Origin: Deltaproteobacteria bacterium
GTDB lineage: Bacteria > Desulfobacterota > Desulfobulbia > Desulfobulbales > JAJRZW01
NCBI GenBank assembly: GCA_024275015.1
Contig: JAJRZW010000047.1
Coordinates: 36,328 to 100,327 of the forward strand
DNA: 64,000 bases
Direction of reading: 5' to 3'
The translations under genes and the position numbers were made by a program. Positions 19,348 through 28,580 of the stretch are shown piece by piece. Under the pieces are notes generated by a model. That model was not told the origin of the DNA. It made no database searches and saw nothing but the letters and a program-made list of their open reading frames with translations. Each line of letters begins with the position of its first letter. Position 1 is the stretch's first letter.

Positions 19348-20308
19348 TCCGGACGGTGTAATAGGTACCCTTGCCGCGGCCGTGCTGTTCTAAAAAGGAA
19401 TTGTTTACCAGCTTGCGCAGTCTTATCTTGAGGGTGTTGCGGTTGGTGCCGGTCAGTTCCTGAATCTGCGATATGGTTGCCCGCCCCCGTTCCCGGACCA
19501 GATCAACCACCTGCCGCGACGGTGCCGCCAGACTCACCACCTTCTGCTCCCGGCCGATACGGGCGGCGAGATCATCTTTCAGGTCAAGCATCGCCTTTAT
19601 CACCCCGTCAACGGTGGCGTCAAGATCGGCGGTGATAAAATTGTCCCGGCGCAGGACCGCTTCGAGATGATGTTCAAGGGAACTGTAACGAATGAAAAAA
19701 TACTTGTGCCGGAGAAGAAAGAGCTGCAGCAGGACACAGGCAAGACGGCTGTTGCCGTCGGCAAAGAGCGCGGCGTCAATGAAGCGGCGAAAAAATACCG
19801 CCGCCAGCAGGAGGGGGTGGAGGACGCCGATGTCCTCCTCTTTTTTCAACCAGGCGCAGATATTGGCCAGTTTCTTCCGCTCAACCCCGCCATCGCCCTT
19901 GCCGCAGATAAGTCCGTGCATCTGGATAACGTGGTCGGGGACGATGGCGATCTTTTCCGGGGCCCGGGCGACCAGGGCGAGAACGTCACGATAGCCTTTG
20001 GCGGCCCGGCGCAGGGAGTCTTCCCATTCCGGCATCCGGCTGCCGCCCAGGAATTCTCCGGCCTGACGGTCGGAAAGACGCATACCCGAAAGCCTCAGGG
20101 CGGCACCGATGGACTCGGCCAAGCCAAGGCGGGCGATGGCCTTGAGGCGGTTGGGCACCAACTGCCCCAGGGCCTCCCAGCGGCCCTTGAACTCGGCCAC
20201 CGCGGCCACCTGTTTTACGGTCTCCGGGGTTATGCTCAAGCTGGAATCGGCCAATATCCTCTCCTCCTGATTCCCTGTTCCATGACTATAAACACAAAAA
20301 CTACCCAT
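19337..20308 (-). CDS. Fic-family-like protein with degenerate active-site motif and C-terminal winged HTH
   Basis: Fic core region reads ALFADGNSRLAC versus the canonical HxFx(D/E)GNGRxxR. The C-terminus is wHTH-like (ATISQIQELTGTNRNTLKIRLRKLV). The gene overlaps dus by 11 nt. Confidence 0.7.
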   Translation of the reverse strand: MGSFCVYSHGTGNQEERILADSSLSITPETVKQVAAVAEFKGRWEALGQLVPNRLKAIARLGLAESIGAALRLSGMRLSDRQAGEFLGGSRMPEWEDSLRRAAKGYRDVLALVARAPEKIAIVPDHVIQMHGLICGKGDGGVERKKLANICAWLKKEEDIGVLHPLLLAAVFFRRFIDAALFADGNSRLACVLLQLFLLRHKYFFIRYSSLEHHLEAVLRRDNFITADLDATVDGVIKAMLDLKDDLAARIGREQKVVSLAAPSRQVVDLVRERGRATISQIQELTGTNRNTLKIRLRKLVNNSFLEQHGRGKGTYYTVRSEH

Positions 20309-20344
20309 AAAATACCAAAAATAGACCGGATGGTCTCATAATAA

Positions 20345-20441
20345 TTGTTGGCCTCGCAATAAATTGCAGGCCAACGGCAATTGTTCTTCTAATTTATTGA
20401 AATTATGTGGATTGGCTTCCGTTTGAGATACTTGTTACGAG
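20345..20441 (+). repeat. REP-C copy (97 bp; conserved hairpin end + conserved 25-mer end, variable centre)
   Basis: TTGTTGGCCTCGCAATAAATTGCAGGCCAACGGCAAT...CTTCCGTTTGAGATACTTGTTACGA. Homologous to the reverse complement of 31740-31835. Confidence 0.8.
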
Positions 20442-20539
20442 ACTGTCAATTATTGAGAATTCACGGATTTTCACGAATCCCCGGTGTCTGTCCAAACAAA
20501 GAGTTTTCGCACAAGGCGGAGACCGTACGAAAAGACCAT

Positions 20540-21145
20540 TTATGGACGGATACCCCCCAACAGCCGGGACCAGAAGCGGGGATAAAAGGAAAACAACAGA
20601 CCGATGAAGGTGGTGGCGGTCACCCCCCAGAACAGGATGAGGTGGAGGCTGTGGTAGCGGTAGAGGAGCAGGTCGAGGACAAAGAGGACCAGGCCGAGAT
20701 GAATAAGAGCGCTGCCGAGCCGTTGCCAGTACCCCGGCCGGGCAAAGGAGAGCAGACGACTGTTGCCGGCGGCTAAAATAGTCACCAGGGTCTCAAGCAG
20801 CACTGAAACCGACAGGACCAGCAGCAGGGCGGCGCGAAAACCGGAGAGCAGGAAGGCGGTAACCGCCGCGACCGCCAGGGCCGCGGCCAGCCGCCACAGC
20901 CATTGCCGCGGCAGAAGGCGTTTGGGGATACAAAGGGCGAGAATTAGCACCAGGAGAATCAGCGGCGGGGTCACCGTCCGGTTCATGGTCACAAGCCAGG
21001 CCTGTTTTACCGCCCCGCTCACCTGGTCGAGATGGGCGGCGCGGTAATAAAACATGGCGCCGACACAGATAAGGCTGATAATTCCCAGGATCACAACCGT
21101 GGCCAGCACCAGGACGAAATCAAGATTTTTTTTCTTTATCTCCAT
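20540..21145 (-). CDS. hypothetical polytopic membrane protein
   Basis: 201 aa with about 6 TM segments. It starts 16 nt after the stop of the CcsA-family gene. No family recognised. Confidence 0.55.
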   Translation of the reverse strand: MEIKKKNLDFVLVLATVVILGIISLICVGAMFYYRAAHLDQVSGAVKQAWLVTMNRTVTPPLILLVLILALCIPKRLLPRQWLWRLAAALAVAAVTAFLLSGFRAALLLVLSVSVLLETLVTILAAGNSRLLSFARPGYWQRLGSALIHLGLVLFVLDLLLYRYHSLHLILFWGVTATTFIGLLFSFYPRFWSRLLGGIRP

Positions 21146-21161
21146 GGATTTCCCCTGCCGC

Positions 21162-22181
21162 CTATTGAAAGGAATGCTGGCCGGGAAAGAAAAACGAGGC
21201 CAGAAAGGTAAAGATCATCGCGACAAAACATAAAATTCCCAGGGCGGCGGAAAGATACCACATCGCCGGCCGCCGGAGGTAGAGACGGGTATGGAGCCAG
21301 GTGGCGAACACCGCCCACATCATGATCGAGCTCGCGATCTTCGGATCCCACCACCAGTTTGGCCCCCAGGCGGTAAGGGCCCAGGGATAGCCCATGAGCA
21401 TACCGATGGTCAGGAGGATAAAACCCAGGCGGGCCTGGGCGTAGGCCTGTTTTTCCATTTCCTCGTCGCGGCCGGTGAGCATGAACAGCGAGGCGATAAA
21501 AACCACGGTCACCGTGGCGTAGGAGACAAACAGAAGCGGCGGATGCAGCCACATATAGCCGGCGTTATAATAAAAGAGCTGCCGGGGATAAAGGCGCATG
21601 AACAGGTTTATCCGGCCGCCGGGATCAAGGCCGGGGGCAAACCAGGGACTGATCTCCCTGACAAACCGGGGGAGAAAAGAGGTGAATGGGTCAAAAAACA
21701 CCGCCAATAAAAGCAGGTGCAGCCCGGCCGCGAGGGCAAGGGCGGCGCGAAAACGTTCTCCCGCCTGTTTACGGCAGAAAAAAACGAGGACGACAAAGGA
21801 GAAAAACCAGAAATAATATTTTTCATTCTCGATCCATGGCGGGATCAGGTAACGGGGCGGATGGGCCGGATCGTAAAGTGGCAGGCCATAGGCGCGGCCG
21901 CGGTTGGCGGCGGCAAGCATCCGGTTGAGATATTCCCCCAGTCCGTCGGGCAGGCTCAGGGCGATATCGACATGGAGACGATAATGGAGCCAGAGAATCA
22001 GGCCGAATCCGACCGGCAACAGGACCAGGGCGAGGTTCAGGGCCCGGCGGCAGAGACGCAGGGGCCGCGGTCGGGGATGAAAAAGGGCGACCAGCCCGGC
22101 AATACACAAAACCGCGCCGATGACGCCAAGGGCGATTATGAGCAGATGCCCGGCGGCAAGGATCAGGGGATGCTGCGGCAT
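21162..22181 (-). CDS. cytochrome c assembly protein, CcsA/ResC family
   Basis: 339 aa with the Trp-rich heme-handling motif WGPNWWWDPKIASS, flanking His residues and a GGAGGGA RBS. Confidence 0.85.
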   Translation of the reverse strand: MPQHPLILAAGHLLIIALGVIGAVLCIAGLVALFHPRPRPLRLCRRALNLALVLLPVGFGLILWLHYRLHVDIALSLPDGLGEYLNRMLAAANRGRAYGLPLYDPAHPPRYLIPPWIENEKYYFWFFSFVVLVFFCRKQAGERFRAALALAAGLHLLLLAVFFDPFTSFLPRFVREISPWFAPGLDPGGRINLFMRLYPRQLFYYNAGYMWLHPPLLFVSYATVTVVFIASLFMLTGRDEEMEKQAYAQARLGFILLTIGMLMGYPWALTAWGPNWWWDPKIASSIMMWAVFATWLHTRLYLRRPAMWYLSAALGILCFVAMIFTFLASFFFPGQHSFQ

Positions 22182-22275
22182 TATCTCCCTCCCCGGCCCG
22201 GGGAGGTCAGAGACATGATCCGGTAAAAACCGGCGGCCCTGAAAAAAGTCCCGCTTTTATTGATAAAATCGTAAT

Positions 22276-22387
22276 AAATATGTCGATGGCTAAGTAAGAA
22301 TTTCGATATACAAGGAGTAGGGTGTTTTGGTGAGCGAGACCATACATATGGTATGTCGCGCAAACAAAAATACGCTACTACGCCATC
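22276..22387 (-). mobile_element. MITE-B copy (112 bp, inverted relative to 10976) flanked by 9-bp direct repeat TTTATTGAT
   Basis: Direct repeats lie at 22267-22275 and 22388-22396. A ~100-bp core is near-identical to 11008-11110 in reverse complement. Confidence 0.75.
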
Positions 22388-22450
22388 TTTATTGATTTCC
22401 ATCATCCCCGCATTTTAACCCTCACCATTCCGGGCGCAATAACAAAAACG

Positions 22451-22606
22451 CAAGCGATCAATTAACCACACCTAAAAATGCAAAAACAAGCGCACTCTGT
22501 AAGGGTTTCAGGGACGCCGCCATGTGCGCGCTTTAACCATTTGATTATACTTAGGTATAATCAAATGGTTAAAGTGCCTGCAGGGTGGTGTTCATGGAGC
22601 GCTTAC
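22451..22606. mobile_element. MITE-A copy (156 bp) carrying a nested palindromic insertion; perfect 9-bp TSD ACAAAAACG
   Basis: Direct repeats lie at 22442-22450 and 22607-22615. The copy aligns with 45953-46033 except for an extra 60-70 bp. Confidence 0.8.
22531..22574. repeat. perfect AT-rich palindrome (20-bp arms, 4-nt centre) nested in MITE-A
   Basis: CTTTAACCATTTGATTATAC-TTAG-GTATAATCAAATGGTTAAAG. Confidence 0.95.
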
Positions 22607-24391
22607 ACAAAAACGGTCCCCGGCAATCAGGGCGGCGTAACGGCCGCCTTTTGCCATCAGCTCATCGTGGCTGCCGCTCTCGATAATTTTCCCCTGGTCC
22701 ATAACCAGAATCCGGTCGGCATGGCGGACGGTGGAGAGACGGTGGGCGACAACAATGGCGGTGCGATCGGCAATGGTATTGGCAATGGCCCGCTCAATCA
22801 GAATCTCGGTGGCGGAGTCGATACTGGCGGTGGCCTCGTCCAGTAAAAAAATCCGCGGATCACCGGCCAGGGCCCGCGCCAGGGCCAGTAACTGTTCCTC
22901 CCCCACCGAAAGGACGCGACCGCCGAGGCCGACCCTGGTCTCAAGCCCCTGCGGCATGGTTGCCAGAAGCGGCAAGAGCTGGGCCTGTTCCACCACCCGG
23001 GCGAGAAGGGCATCATCAACCTCACGGCCAAGGGTAATATTTTCCCGCACCGTTGCCGGAAGCAGGATAACCTCCTGCAGCACCAGACCGAGATACCGAC
23101 TCAACAGGCCGGGGTCGATATCGCCGACATTTACCCCGTCGATGCGGATCTCTCCCGTCCGGGGCTGATAAAAACGTTCGATAAGGTTTATCAGGGTGGT
23201 CTTGCCGCTGCCGGTGGCGCCGACCACCGCCACCGTCTCCCCCGCCTTGATGGTCAGGGAAAAATCCTGCAGCACCGGGGGATTGTCGCCATAGGCAAAG
23301 GTGACCTTGCTGAACTCCACCGCCCCGGCCGGGGCGGTAATGGTACAGCTCCCCGCCGGAGTTATGCCCGGGACGGTATCGAGAATGGCAAAAAGACGTT
23401 CCGCCGAGGCCATGGCCGACTGGACAATGGAATACTTCTGCGACAGCTCCCGCACCGGCTGAAAAAACAGGCGAATATAGTGGAGAAACGCGGCCAGGGT
23501 GCCGATGGTCATCATCCCGCGCATGACCCTTCCGCCGCCATACCAGATGATCAGGGCGACGGCCACGGTGGCACATAATTCAATAAGCGGCATGAAAAAG
23601 GCAAATATCCCGATCTGGCGCAGGTTGCGGCGGCAGAAATCCGCGTTCAGCCGGGAAAATCGTTTCCGATTCCGCCCTTCGGCGGCAAAAATCCGGATAA
23701 CGTTCATGCCGTTGACCGACTCCTGGATAAACGCGTTCAGTCCGGCTATGGCGGTACGGATATCGCGGAACACCCGCCGCGCCAGACGGCTGAAGAGGGC
23801 GATAATGACCACAAGCACCGGCAGCAAGGCGAGCATGATCGCCGCGAGAAGCGGGTTCATGATAAATAAAAGAACCAGGATTACCGTCATCCGGAGGATA
23901 TCGTTGAACAGACTGACGATCACCGAGGTGAACATCTCGTGCATGTTCTGAATATCGTTGCTCAGGCGGGTCACCAGACGTCCCACCGGATTTTTATCGT
24001 AAAAGGCGAGGTCAAGACCGAGGAGATGGGCAAAGATATCATGCCGCAGACGGTGCATTATCTCCTGACCGCTTCGCTCAAGAATGACCACCTGAAAAAA
24101 ATTGGCGATAAAGGCGATAAGGGCAAGGACGAGGAAAACAAGGGCAAGACGCTCAAGACCGGCAAAGCGTACAGCGGTGGTTATTCCGGTGGCGGTGATG
24201 AAGCGGTCAAGGGCCTCCCGCACCAGCCATGGCAGGGTGAGGCTCGCGGCCACGACAACCTGGGTCAGAATAATGGCGATGACAATCGAGCGCCATTGCG
24301 GCCGGACATAGACCATTATCCGCCGCCAGAGACGGGCCTCGGTGATCCCCGCCCCCCGGTCGTCTTCAAAATAGCCGAAATTATGGCGCAT
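22592..24391 (-). CDS. ABC exporter, fused permease/ATPase (heterodimer subunit)
   Basis: Six TM segments plus an NBD (Walker A GATGSGKTT, signature LSVGEEQ, Walker B IFLLDEAT). The ATG at 24391 overlaps the upstream partner's stop. The last 4 codons and the stop lie inside a MITE. Confidence 0.92.
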   Translation of the reverse strand: MRHNFGYFEDDRGAGITEARLWRRIMVYVRPQWRSIVIAIILTQVVVAASLTLPWLVREALDRFITATGITTAVRFAGLERLALVFLVLALIAFIANFFQVVILERSGQEIMHRLRHDIFAHLLGLDLAFYDKNPVGRLVTRLSNDIQNMHEMFTSVIVSLFNDILRMTVILVLLFIMNPLLAAIMLALLPVLVVIIALFSRLARRVFRDIRTAIAGLNAFIQESVNGMNVIRIFAAEGRNRKRFSRLNADFCRRNLRQIGIFAFFMPLIELCATVAVALIIWYGGGRVMRGMMTIGTLAAFLHYIRLFFQPVRELSQKYSIVQSAMASAERLFAILDTVPGITPAGSCTITAPAGAVEFSKVTFAYGDNPPVLQDFSLTIKAGETVAVVGATGSGKTTLINLIERFYQPRTGEIRIDGVNVGDIDPGLLSRYLGLVLQEVILLPATVRENITLGREVDDALLARVVEQAQLLPLLATMPQGLETRVGLGGRVLSVGEEQLLALARALAGDPRIFLLDEATASIDSATEILIERAIANTIADRTAIVVAHRLSTVRHADRILVMDQGKIIESGSHDELMAKGGRYAALIAGDRFCVSAP

Positions 24392-26156
24392 TCCGGCCCT
24401 CTTCTGCCCCGTTCTGCCAGGCGGCGACCCGGGCGTAATAGGAATTGACCGCCAGCAGCTCTTCATGACCGCCGCTCGCGCTTATCCGGCCGTGCTCAAG
24501 GACGATAATCGTGTCGGCTTCGCCCAGAACCGCGAGGCGGTGACTGATGACGATGCAGGTCCGGCTCCGGAAGGTCTGGCGCAGATTTTTGACAATGCGC
24601 TGCTCGGTGGCGGTGTCCACCGCGGCGAGACCGTCGTCGATAATCAGGACCGGACGCCCGGCGACCAGGGCCCGGGCCAGGGCAAGGCGCTGTTTCTGTC
24701 CTCCGGAAAGACTGACCCCGCGCTCGCCGATTATTGTTTCATAGCCCCCGGGCATGGCCATGATCTCCGCGTGAATGGCCGCGGTTTTCGCCGCCGCCTC
24801 GATCTCGTCCCGGCCCGCGTCGGGACGGGCAAAGGCGATATTGTTATGGATGGTATCGGCAAAGAGAAGCGACTGCTGGGGGACAAGGGCGAAAAGGGCG
24901 CGGCAGTCGCCCGGATCCAGGCGGTTGACGTCGACATCGTTGATAAAGTAATGCCCGTCATCCACCGGTAGAACCCGGGCCATAACCGCCGCCAGCACCG
25001 ATTTTCCCGCCCCGGTGGGACCGACTATCCCCAAAAGCCCGCGACCGGCGGTGAAACTTACTCCGTCGAGGAGCCGTCCGGCTCCGGCGTCAACCCGGAG
25101 GTCCCGGACCTCAATCCTCACCTCCGACTCCGGCACTACCGCCACCGCCACCGCCGGGGCGACAATCAGCGGTCGGGTGGCGATAACGGCCATGATCCGC
25201 GCGAGCGATGCCATCCCCCGCTGAAAGAGATTGACCACCCAGCCAAAGGCCATCATCGGCCAGGTGAGCATGAACAGATAAGAGATAAAGGCGACAAATG
25301 AGCCCACCGAGATCCCGCCGCTGATTACCAGGCGGCCGCCGAAAAACAGGACCATGAGCAGACACAGGGCCGCCACCAGGACCGAAAGGGGGAAGAGCAG
25401 CCCCTGGACCACGGCAAGGCTTATATTTTCGTCGACATAGCCACGGCCGACGGCGTCAAAATCCCGTACCTGCCGGGCGGCGATATTGGTGGCCTTGACC
25501 AGACGGATGGCGGCGAAACTCCGGCGCCCGAATTCGCTCAGATCGGCAAAACGTTTCTGCACCGAGTTAAAATGGTAATGAATCCGGCGCGAGAGAAAGG
25601 CGGTGGCAAGGGCGAGAAAGGGCAGGGGCAGGACCGCCATCAGGGTAAGATATGGATCCATGGCCAACATGAAGGTGATACAGGCCAGGGTCATGACCAC
25701 CGCGTCAACCAGGGCGACAAGCCCCATGCCCAGGGCCATCTGCACCGCGTTTAGGTCATTTGAGGCCAGGGCGATGATCTCGCCGGGGGAATTTTTATGA
25801 AAAAACGGGGCGTCAAGGCCGAGGATGGCGTCATATAGACGGGCCCGGATATCGCGCTCGATCCGGCGCGAGGTCCCGAGAAGGAGACGACGCCAGCCGT
25901 AACGACAGACAAAGACCCCGATCCCCATGGCGGCGATGATCGCCCCCTGGTGAAGGAGGCTTGCGGGTCCGGCAAGGCCGTGACCGAGGTCATCAACCGC
26001 CGCCTTGATTACCCGGGGAATGAAGAGTTGCAGGCCGTCAACCCCCAGAAGGGCGATAAAACCGGCAATAACCGTCGGGAGATAGGGGCGGAAAAGGCTT
26101 TGGATGAGTCGGCGGTTTACGGTTCGCGCTTGACGATTCAAGGGGTCAGGAATCAC
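24381..26156 (-). CDS. ABC exporter, fused permease/ATPase (heterodimer subunit)
   Basis: Six TM segments plus an NBD (GPTGAGKS, LSGGQKQR, VLIIDDGLA). Confidence 0.92.
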   Translation of the reverse strand: MIPDPLNRQARTVNRRLIQSLFRPYLPTVIAGFIALLGVDGLQLFIPRVIKAAVDDLGHGLAGPASLLHQGAIIAAMGIGVFVCRYGWRRLLLGTSRRIERDIRARLYDAILGLDAPFFHKNSPGEIIALASNDLNAVQMALGMGLVALVDAVVMTLACITFMLAMDPYLTLMAVLPLPFLALATAFLSRRIHYHFNSVQKRFADLSEFGRRSFAAIRLVKATNIAARQVRDFDAVGRGYVDENISLAVVQGLLFPLSVLVAALCLLMVLFFGGRLVISGGISVGSFVAFISYLFMLTWPMMAFGWVVNLFQRGMASLARIMAVIATRPLIVAPAVAVAVVPESEVRIEVRDLRVDAGAGRLLDGVSFTAGRGLLGIVGPTGAGKSVLAAVMARVLPVDDGHYFINDVDVNRLDPGDCRALFALVPQQSLLFADTIHNNIAFARPDAGRDEIEAAAKTAAIHAEIMAMPGGYETIIGERGVSLSGGQKQRLALARALVAGRPVLIIDDGLAAVDTATEQRIVKNLRQTFRSRTCIVISHRLAVLGEADTIIVLEHGRISASGGHEELLAVNSYYARVAAWQNGAEEGRNAP

Positions 26157-28272
26157 TGTAAACCACTACCCGGTTGCGGCCGCTCTCCTTGGCCTCGTAC
26201 AGGGCTTGGTCGGCCCGGGTGAGGAGGTCTTCCTGCCCGTCGCCGTGGTCGGGGAAAACGGCGATTCCCATGGAGATGGTAACCGTGATCTTATCGGCCT
26301 CACAATCGACCTCAAGGGCCGCCACCGCCTCCCGGATTCTTTCCGCCAACCTTTTGGCCCCGGCGCGATCGGTATTTTCCAGGACCAGGGAAAACTCCTC
26401 ACCGCCGAAGCGGGCGGCAAGGTCGACATGACGCACCGCCTGTCCCAGGTTCCGGGCCACTTCCAGCAATACCACGTCGCCGCAGGCGTGGCCGTAAGTA
26501 TCGTTCACCTGCTTGAAATGATCAATATCGACCATGATCACCGCGAGCTGCATCCGCAGACGAGCGGCACGCTCAAGCATGACCTCGATCCCGTGTTCAA
26601 GGGTACGACGATTTGCCAGCCCGGTCAGGGGATCGGTTGAGGCAAGGCGGTTGATCTTTTCATGGGCCCGGCCGAGATCAATCTTGACCGCCACCTGGGT
26701 ACTGATAAGTTCAAGGATATCCCGGCGTTCACGGGTAAAAACGCCATCCGCCTCCGCCCCGACCGTAATCACCCCCAGGGGCTGATCGGCCTCGTTTTTA
26801 AGCGGCAGACAGATAAGAGACGGGGTGACTCCGACCTTGTCCCCGGCGGCGAATACCGGGACATTGCCACGGTGACGGCAACCGGCCGGAAGAATGATTC
26901 CGTCCCGGAACACCCGGCCCACCAGGCCCTGGTCAACCCCGAAGGCAAGGCCGCTGAGATCATCCTCCCCCCGGCCATCGGCGCGAACATTGACCAGTCC
27001 CCCTTCCTCAAAAAGGGTGATGACGACAAAATCGGCGGGTATCAGGTTCCTCACCGCCCGCACCGCCTCATCAAGAACCGAATCAAGCCCCAGGCCATGA
27101 TTGAGATTGTTGAGCCCCAGGCATAAAAGCTGGATATTGCCGCGTTCACGGTCCATCCGCAGGAGCATCCGTCCCATCTCGACATCGCGCCCCAGGTGAC
27201 GGGCGGCCAGGCGCAGGCTGTCAAGTTCAGCCTCGGTCCATGGGCTCTCGTCTTCGCGGTCAGCGCAGATAATGCCGTAACGATCAGACATATCGTCGGA
27301 TACCCGGGGGATGAGCATGGCGACGGCACCGCCGACTCCGTTATTGTCATGATAATAAGGAAGCACTGTCCGGCTGGTTCGTACCGGCGCTATTGACAAT
27401 TCAGGCCGTTTGGGGCCGAGACCGCCGCATATCCCGGTAACAGACGGGTATGGCCCGGGGTCGATATCGCCGCGACTGCTGGCGAGATAGCGCAGGCGCA
27501 GCTCGTCGCTGCCGCCGGGCCGGCTCCACAGAATCGCCACCGTGGTCAGACCCAGGGAACGGCGCAGGAGTTCAAGGAGGAGGTCAAAGCCACGGCTGAT
27601 GTTCTCCACCGTCTGCTCCCGGTAAGATTCCTCGGGAGCGCGCTCAACGGCCTCGGCCATCACCTGTTGCAGAGAATCACTGCCGTGCTCAAGCCCCAGG
27701 TCCATGGCCTGTTCGCGGATTGCCTCATAACGCCGGCGGCGGGCGACCTCAATCCGCATCCGGCGGCGGTGAACCCGGCTCCTGACAAAGATAAAAAGCC
27801 CAAGCCAGGCGGAAAGGACCGCGGCGAGGTTAAAAACGACGCCGGCGAGGTCATGATTACCGCCGAAAAAAAGCCCTCCCTCCATAAACAATAAACCAGC
27901 CGCGGCCACGAGAAACAGCGGCAGCGGCAGACTGACCCCGAGCCAGGCGCAATAAAGGGCGGGAATAACAATAAACTGCGGCAGCACCGGAAAGACGAAA
28001 AGATAAAAAAGCCATAAAAGGGGGATCCACGATATCCTGAGAACCGGGTCAAGCTCCCCGGGACGAATTAACCTGGCAATGGTAAAAACTGAAAGAAGGC
28101 AAAAAGCACTGCCCAGAAGGAACCACAGCCAGGAAGAGGGGCCGCCCGGGACAAAAAAGCCCCCCGAGGCAACGGCGAGGGCAAGCAGAACCCCGGATAC
28201 CCCCGGCAGCCACTGCAATATATCCGGGTATCGTTTAAGTTTACGCTTTTGCCGCTTGCTTCTGGTAGCCAT
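26146..28272 (-). CDS. membrane-bound diguanylate cyclase (multi-TM + GAF-like + GGDEF)
   Basis: C-terminal GGDEF domain with a GGEEF site, preceded by GAF-like regions and an N-terminal TM block. The ATG at 28272 (MATRSKRQ) has a GAGGA RBS. Confidence 0.9.
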   Translation of the reverse strand: MATRSKRQKRKLKRYPDILQWLPGVSGVLLALAVASGGFFVPGGPSSWLWFLLGSAFCLLSVFTIARLIRPGELDPVLRISWIPLLWLFYLFVFPVLPQFIVIPALYCAWLGVSLPLPLFLVAAAGLLFMEGGLFFGGNHDLAGVVFNLAAVLSAWLGLFIFVRSRVHRRRMRIEVARRRRYEAIREQAMDLGLEHGSDSLQQVMAEAVERAPEESYREQTVENISRGFDLLLELLRRSLGLTTVAILWSRPGGSDELRLRYLASSRGDIDPGPYPSVTGICGGLGPKRPELSIAPVRTSRTVLPYYHDNNGVGGAVAMLIPRVSDDMSDRYGIICADREDESPWTEAELDSLRLAARHLGRDVEMGRMLLRMDRERGNIQLLCLGLNNLNHGLGLDSVLDEAVRAVRNLIPADFVVITLFEEGGLVNVRADGRGEDDLSGLAFGVDQGLVGRVFRDGIILPAGCRHRGNVPVFAAGDKVGVTPSLICLPLKNEADQPLGVITVGAEADGVFTRERRDILELISTQVAVKIDLGRAHEKINRLASTDPLTGLANRRTLEHGIEVMLERAARLRMQLAVIMVDIDHFKQVNDTYGHACGDVVLLEVARNLGQAVRHVDLAARFGGEEFSLVLENTDRAGAKRLAERIREAVAALEVDCEADKITVTISMGIAVFPDHGDGQEDLLTRADQALYEAKESGRNRVVVYSDS

Positions 28273-28410
28273 GCTTTCCTCACGGATCAAGGCATAATGA
28301 ACAGTGAGCTGTTAAGCAATAAGTTCGATCTGAGGCGTCGTGGCGTCCTTTTTCTCGCTCGGTCCCGCCATGGCAGGATATGGCCTAGCTCACCAAAGGA
28401 CGCCACTCCT

Positions 28411-28534
28411 TGTCAGACTGTTGAAAAAGCCGTCCATGGCTTTTTCCCCGGTAAGATTTTACCGGGTTTTAAACCCGGCAAAATCGGCGGCGCGGATATC
28501 AGCCCCTAACAGTCCGTTTTTCAACGAACTGTTG
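28411..28534 (+). repeat. HCE copy (124 bp)
   Basis: TGTCAGACTGTTGAAAAAGCCGTCCATGGCTTTTT...AAAATCGGCGGCGCG...GTCCGTTTTTCAACGAACTGTTG. Confidence 0.8.
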
Positions 28535-28580
28535 TATCTCGAAATTATTGTTTAGCCATCCCATTGATTGTTACAAGTCC
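28533..28580 (+). repeat. partial MITE-B 3' half
   Basis: TGTATCTCGAAATTATTGTTTAGCCATCCCATTGATTGTTACAAGT aligns with 11082-11127. Confidence 0.6.
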
